A stretch of 64,000 nucleotides of DNA from Dictyostelium discoideum. Its lineage: Eukaryota. Position 1 is the first letter of the stretch; the number at the start of each line of letters is the position of its first letter. Made by a program: the position numbers and the translations under genes. Under the pieces are notes generated by a model. It did no database searches. It saw only the letters and a program-made list of their open reading frames with translations, and had not been told where the DNA came from. This document shows positions 58,547-64,000 of the stretch, piece by piece. The stretch is from NCBI GenBank assembly GCA_000004695.1, contig CM000155.2, positions 96,001-160,000 on the forward strand. The letters are read 5' to 3'.

Positions 58547-59708
58547 ATGTTTAATTTATACAGGAGTTCATTAAAAAATCTAAAACTACCAAATATAAAT
58601 AATAATATTAAATCAAATTTGGTAATAAGATCATATACTACCAATATTAATGGTAATATTAAAAATGATGATGATAATAATAAATTTTATTCATTATCAC
58701 AATTTCCATATCCATCAGGAGCATTACATATGGGACATGTGAGAGTTTATACGATATCAGATTGCATTGCAAGATTAAAGAGAATGCAAGGTTATGATGT
58801 AATTCATCCAATGGGATGGGACGCATTTGGATTACCAGCTGAGAATGCAGCAATTGATAAACAAGTTTCACCAAGTGAATGGACAAATTTAAATATAAGT
58901 TCAATGAGAGACCAATTGAAGTTATTGAATTTCCAATTCGATTGGGATAGAGAGCTATCAACATGCAATAAAGAATACTATCGTTGGACACAGGAGATAT
59001 TTCTAAGATTATTGAAATCAGGATTAGCCTACAGAAAGAGTGCTACCGTAAATTGGGATCCAATCGACCAAACTGTGCTTGCCAACGAGCAGGTAGACGC
59101 ACAAGGTAGGTCATGGAGATCAAATGCGATTGTTGAAAAAAAAGAAATGAAGCAATGGTTTTACAAAATCACATCGATGGCAGATAGATTAACTGACGAT
59201 TTAGACCAGTTGCCAGGCTGGTCTGACGAAATTAAAAATATGCAAAAAGAGTGGATTGGCAGATCGTATGGTCACTTAATCGAGTTCCAAAGTTGTGCCC
59301 AAAAACCATTATCAAATATCACAGTGTTCACAACACGTGCCGAAACTATCTATGGTGTTTCATTTTTAGCCATTTCTCCACACCATTCTGAAATCAACCA
59401 AATTAGAGCCAATTTAATAAATGATGAAAAAAGATTAGAATTGGATCAATACTTAAAAGAGATTCAAGAAATTAAAAATAAAATGGGAACACAAGAAGAT
59501 GTTGAAAATTTAAAAACTTTTAATACAGGTTTAACATTTTATCAACCTATAACTAAAAAATACATTCCATTAATACTTTCAAATTTCGTACATGCCGATT
59601 ATGGTACAGGTGCTGTTATGGGTGTACCATCACATAATCGTTCAGATTATCAAGTTGCAAAACAACAAAATTTAAAATTATTACCAGTTTTAGGTATTGA
59701 AAGAGAGC

Positions 59709-59746
<38 letters not shown>

Positions 59747-61369
59747 CTAGAAATAGAAGAGGAATGTTATGATTATTCAAATACTGGTAAATTAATTAAT
59801 AGTGGACAAGATACAGGTATTGAATTTAAAGAATTTATTAAAAGATTAGAAGATCAACAATTAATAAAGAGACAAACAAATTATAGAATTCATGATTGGT
59901 TAATTTCAAGACAACGTTATTGGGGTACACCAATTCCAATTATTGTTTGTGAGAAATGTGGTGATGTACCAGTACCATCGGATCAATTACCAGTTGAATT
60001 ACCAATCGATATTCAATTCACTGGTAAAGGTAATTTATTGAATCAATTAGATCATTGGAAGAATGTTAAATGTCCATGTTGTGGATCACAAGCAACTAGA
60101 GAAACTGATACAATGGATACATTTGTTGATTCATCTTGGTATTTCCTCAGATTTTTAGATAGTAAAAACTCACAATCCATTTTCTCTTCGGAATTGGTCA
60201 ACAGATTCATGCCAATCGATGTTTATGTCGGTGGTATCGAACATGCTATCCTTCATTTACTATACAGTCGTTTCATTACAAAATTCTTAAAAGATCAACA
60301 ATTAATTGACCATTCTGAACCATTCAAAGTTTTATTAGCACAAGGTTTAGTTAAATCACCAACTTATCGTGATTCGATAACAAATAAACCAATTCATCCA
60401 TCAAATGTTGAATTTAAAACTATTAAATCAAATGAAAGCGGTAAATCTCAACAACAAACTATAAATAAATTAACGGGTAATCAAGTTTCCGTTACAATTG
60501 AAAAAATGTCAAAATCAAAATTAAATGGTATTGATCCAAAAGAAATCATTGATAAATATGGTTCTGATACTTTGAAAACTTATATTCTATTTAAAGCACC
60601 ACCAGAGAAATCATTAGATTGGGATACTCAAGGTATTGAAGGTTGTAAGAAATGGTTAACAAGAATCAATGTTTCAATTCAATCATTTTTAAATCAATTT
60701 GATGTAATTGAAGGTAAAGAGCAACACCAACATCAACAACAACAACATCAACAACCATTACCTTCATCAGAATTTAATGAACAACAATCTAAAGAAGTTA
60801 AAGATATTCTATTTGAAACTCATTTAACTATGAATAAAGTTACAGAATCAATTGATAAACATTCTTTTAATACTGGTATCGCTGCATTAATGGAACTTTC
60901 AAATACATTACAAAAATCATCTCCACAAATTAAATTAACCAAAGAATATTATCAATCATTGAGAGCATTGACTTTAATGTTATTCCCATTCTCTCCAATA
61001 TTTTCACAAATTCATTGGAAATCATTAATTGATGATTTACCACAATCTTGTAAATCATTTTATTCTGAAAACTATTCATCATTTGAGCAACAATCATATG
61101 GTAATTCAAATGATAATGATGTCTTTAATCAACGTTGGCCAAAACCAACTCCATCCGCTTTAGTTAGAGATTTCAATAGTTTGGTCATTCAATTCGATGG
61201 TAAAACTAAAGGTGTTGAATCAATTCCAACTTCAATCACTGATTTCTCAAATTTTGTTCAATCAAATTCAAAATATTTAAATAGATTCAAAGATAAAACT
61301 ATTGATCAAATTTTCATTGGTACAACAAAAACTGGAAATTCTATTAATTTCACTTTTAAAAAAAAATAA
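58547..61369 (+). CDS. Leucyl-tRNA synthetase, bacterial/mitochondrial type, 940 aa, single exon.
   Basis: Class I aaRS signatures: PYPSGALHMGHVRVYTISD (HIGH-type HMGH) and KMSKSKLNG (KMSKS). LeuRS-specific blocks: WDAFGLPAENAA, GRSWRS, DWLISRQRYWGTPIPI. The N-terminus (MFNLYRSSLKNLKLP...RSYTT) looks like a mitochondrial presequence. Poly-Q insertions come from (CAA)n. Confidence 0.93.
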
Positions 61370-61375
61370 ATTTAA

Positions 61376-61520
61376 ATTAAAATCAAAATTAATTAAAATT
61401 AAATTTAAAATTAAAATTAATTAAATTTAAAATTAAAATTAATTAAATTTAAAATTAAAATTAATTAAATTTAAATTAAAATTAATTAAATTTAAAATTA
61501 AAATTAAATTAATTTCGTTA
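61376..61520. repeat. Tandem repeat of a ~22-bp A/T unit (AAATTAAAATTAATTAAATTTA), ~6 copies, just 3' of the LeuRS gene.
   Basis: Direct reading: aaaattaattaaatttaaaattaaaattaattaaatttaaaattaaaattaattaaattt... Confidence 0.85.
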
Positions 61521-62616
61521 TTTTTTATTATTATTATTTTTATAATTTTAATTAATTATTTTTATTATTATTATTATTATTAATTTTTTAATTGGAAAGA
61601 ATTATCTACCCACACTTTTTCAATTAAAAAAATATTGTTGTCAGTATATTATTATAATTATTATTGTTATTAATTTATTTATTTTAATTATTAATTTATT
61701 TATTTTTTTGGATTTTTAGTACTTTTTATTTTTTTTTTATTTTTTTTTTTTTTAAACAAATTAAAATTTTATTTTTTATTTTTTTAATATTTTTTTTTAT
61801 TTTTTATTTTTTTTTTAAAAACAAATAAAAATTAAAATTGTAATATTACTGAATAAGAATTTATTTAAAAGATATTAGATTTAAAATTTAACATCATGTT
61901 AAATGTTTTTTTTTTATTATTTTAAACTCTATTTTTTAATCATTGAATTTTTTTATAAAGAAAAAAAAAAGTGACGAAAAAACACACAATGTTGATTCTG
62001 ACTTTAATAAAATCATTTTTTTCTAATTATTAAAAATTGGTATAAAAAAAAAAGTTCCTCAAAATTTTATTTTAAAAATTTTAAAAATTAATTGGGGTCA
62101 AAATCTAGACTCACGTGAGTTTTAAATATATTATTTCGTTTTAATTTAAAAGATATATTTTATTAATATTAAAAAAACAAAATAATAAGAAAATAAAAAA
62201 AAAAGCATTGCAATAAAATCTAAAAGACTTTAACGCAACCCACAAAAGTCTTTTATAGATGGAAATAGCATTTATCAAAAAAATAATTGGGTAAGATACA
62301 ATTACCTTTTACAGCATTGATATTATATAAAATTTAAAAAAAAAAAAAAAAAAAAAATAAATAAATAAAAACAAAAAAACAAAGAAAAGAAAAAAAAAAA
62401 CAATAAAAGAAAGAAAAAAAAAGAAAGAAAAAAAAATATTGTTATTTTCTACATAAAAAAATAACCTAAAAGTAAGGGTCAAGTAGCAAATATTTATTAA
62501 ATTTAGGTAATTGTTTAAACACAACATTTAATAGAATTTTTTTTTTTTTTTTTTATTATTTTTTTTTTAATTTTACTTTAATATTTACGAGTAATATGAA
62601 TAAAATGTTTTTTATT

Positions 62617-62660
62617 TTGTTTGTTTTGTTTGTTTTGTTTGTTTGTTTGTTTGTTAATAA
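62617..62660. repeat. (GTTT/GTTTT)n microsatellite, ~10 units.
   Basis: ttgtttgttttgtttgttttgtttgtttgtttgtttgtt. Same motif family as the intronic (TTTG)n at 18.6 kb. Confidence 0.9.
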
Positions 62661-64000
62661 TTAAATGTACAATTGTAAAAATGTTATTTTTTTTTTATTT
62701 TTTTTAATCTATCTCATTTTTTAATAATAAAAAAATAATTGTAAATGTTGGTTGCTGTGATCAAAATTTGTTTATTTAATATTAAAATGAAAATTTTGTT
62801 TCATCGATTTTATTTCACTTTTTCATTTTTGTCACCAAAATGGAATTACCAAAAACAAAATTCATTTTTTTTTTTTTTTTTTTAAACTTTAAATTTTATT
62901 TTTTTTACATGTATGTATTAAAAAACTATAATCAAAATAAAAAATTTCATAATAATAAAAATAATATTTAACATAAAACATAATATTGTGTTTGAAAGAT
63001 GAAATAAAAAAAAAAAAAAAAAAAATAGATGTCTTACTAAATATCTAACGATATTTAATTTTAATTTATATTTATATTTGTTTTTTTCATTAATAATAGT
63101 GGTGAAATATGTGGTAATTTTAAAATTTTTTTTTGTGGTGTATGTGGTTTTATTTTTAAATAAAAACATTTTAATTATTTTAAATTTGGCTACCGCTATA
63201 ATGTAGTGCTACTGAAATAATTAAAAAAAAAAATTTTTTTTTACATGTATAAAAAATATTCTATTTAATAAATATTGAAAATAATTTTTAAAATATATAT
63301 ATATATTTAAAAACCCCCGCCAACCACATTAAATAATAAAAATAAAATTATTTATTTTTGTGTTTTAAAAAAAAAAAAAACACACATAAAAAGTAGATGA
63401 TTTACGAAAATAAAGTATTTTAGAGAATGAATTTACAATTTTCAATTTTATTTTTTAAAAAAAAAATAAAAAAAAAATAAAAAATAAAAAAAATAAAAAA
63501 TAAAAAAAAAGATTATTAATAATCAATAACAATAACAATATATATATATAAACATAATTTATTGGTATTTTTTAAAAAACCAATACATAACCACTAAAAA
63601 AATTAGTCATCATAAAAAACTTAATAATTATAGTATTTAAATTATTTTATTCGTACAGTATTCGTTTTAAGTGTTAACACAAACATTTTAAATTATTATT
63701 TTATTTTTCATTTTCCATAAACATATGTTTATCCTCTTCATAAAAATATAAAAAAAATAATAAATAGTGTACCATTATTTTTTAAATTAGAAAATACTCT
63801 AAATAATTTTTTTATGTTAAATTTTTTTTTTAAATTGATTAAAAAAAAAAATTAATTTATTTTCAATTCAAAAATAAATAAAAAGATTGTCAAACTGTAA
63901 GTAATTTTTTTATTTAATATTTATTTTTTATTTTAAATCTTAAAAAAAAAAAGATTGGGCAGTTGGCAATAAAAAAAAAAAAAAAAACTATTGTTATTTA

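Noticed and set aside
62309-63169. ORFs 62309..62527 (-) and 62918..63169 (-) with poly-F/K-rich peptides
   Set aside because: Homopolymer-derived ORFs in AT-rich 3' intergenic DNA. No coding signal.

Overview
This window looks like Dictyostelium discoideum nuclear DNA. It is about 78% A+T, with long poly(A)/poly(T) intergenic tracts, (AAT)n/(CAA)n/(GAA)n microsatellites inside ORFs encoding poly-N/Q/E/S, and short 75-200 nt introns with GTAAGT/GTATGT donors and A/T-rich ...AG acceptors. I see no prokaryotic features (no CRISPR arrays, no operons). It is a gene-dense, ordinary chromosomal arm region with about 27 protein-coding genes on both strands, often sharing 130-800 bp divergent or convergent intergenic regions. 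Most ORF-track fragments join into multi-exon gene models; I checked reading-frame phase across each proposed intron, and every joined CDS length came out divisible by 3. Genes recognised from conserved motifs: talin/kindlin-type FERM protein (partial), Rap1 GTPase (rapA), exportin-1/CRM1, exosome RRP4 and RRP41, a mitochondrial carrier, ClpB/Hsp104 disaggregase, RNase P/MRP POP1, a KCTD9-like KHA-BTB-pentapeptide-repeat protein, an LPAAT acyltransferase, a YqeG/GEP4-type HAD phosphatase, a GPR107/108-type 7TM protein, a class I methyltransferase, a LisH + C2H2 zinc-finger protein with a His-rich tract, a type-B carboxylesterase (6 exons) and a bacterial-type mitochondrial leucyl-tRNA synthetase. 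Two very large proteins I could not name: a 1652-aa protein built around extreme homopolymer tracts, and a 2364-aa protein. I found no tRNA or rRNA genes and no recognisable transposon (TRE/DIRS/Tdd) ORFs. Non-coding oddities worth a look: a nested inverted/direct-repeat cluster at 42.46-42.68 kb, a GC-richer island with a duplicated 31-nt motif at 57.84-58.03 kb, a perfect 10-bp hairpin at 62.22 kb, and G/C homopolymer runs at 33.77-33.85 kb. I see no evidence of a coherent novel multi-gene system; the novelty here is at the level of individual uncharacterised genes and possible small ncRNA or MITE-like elements.
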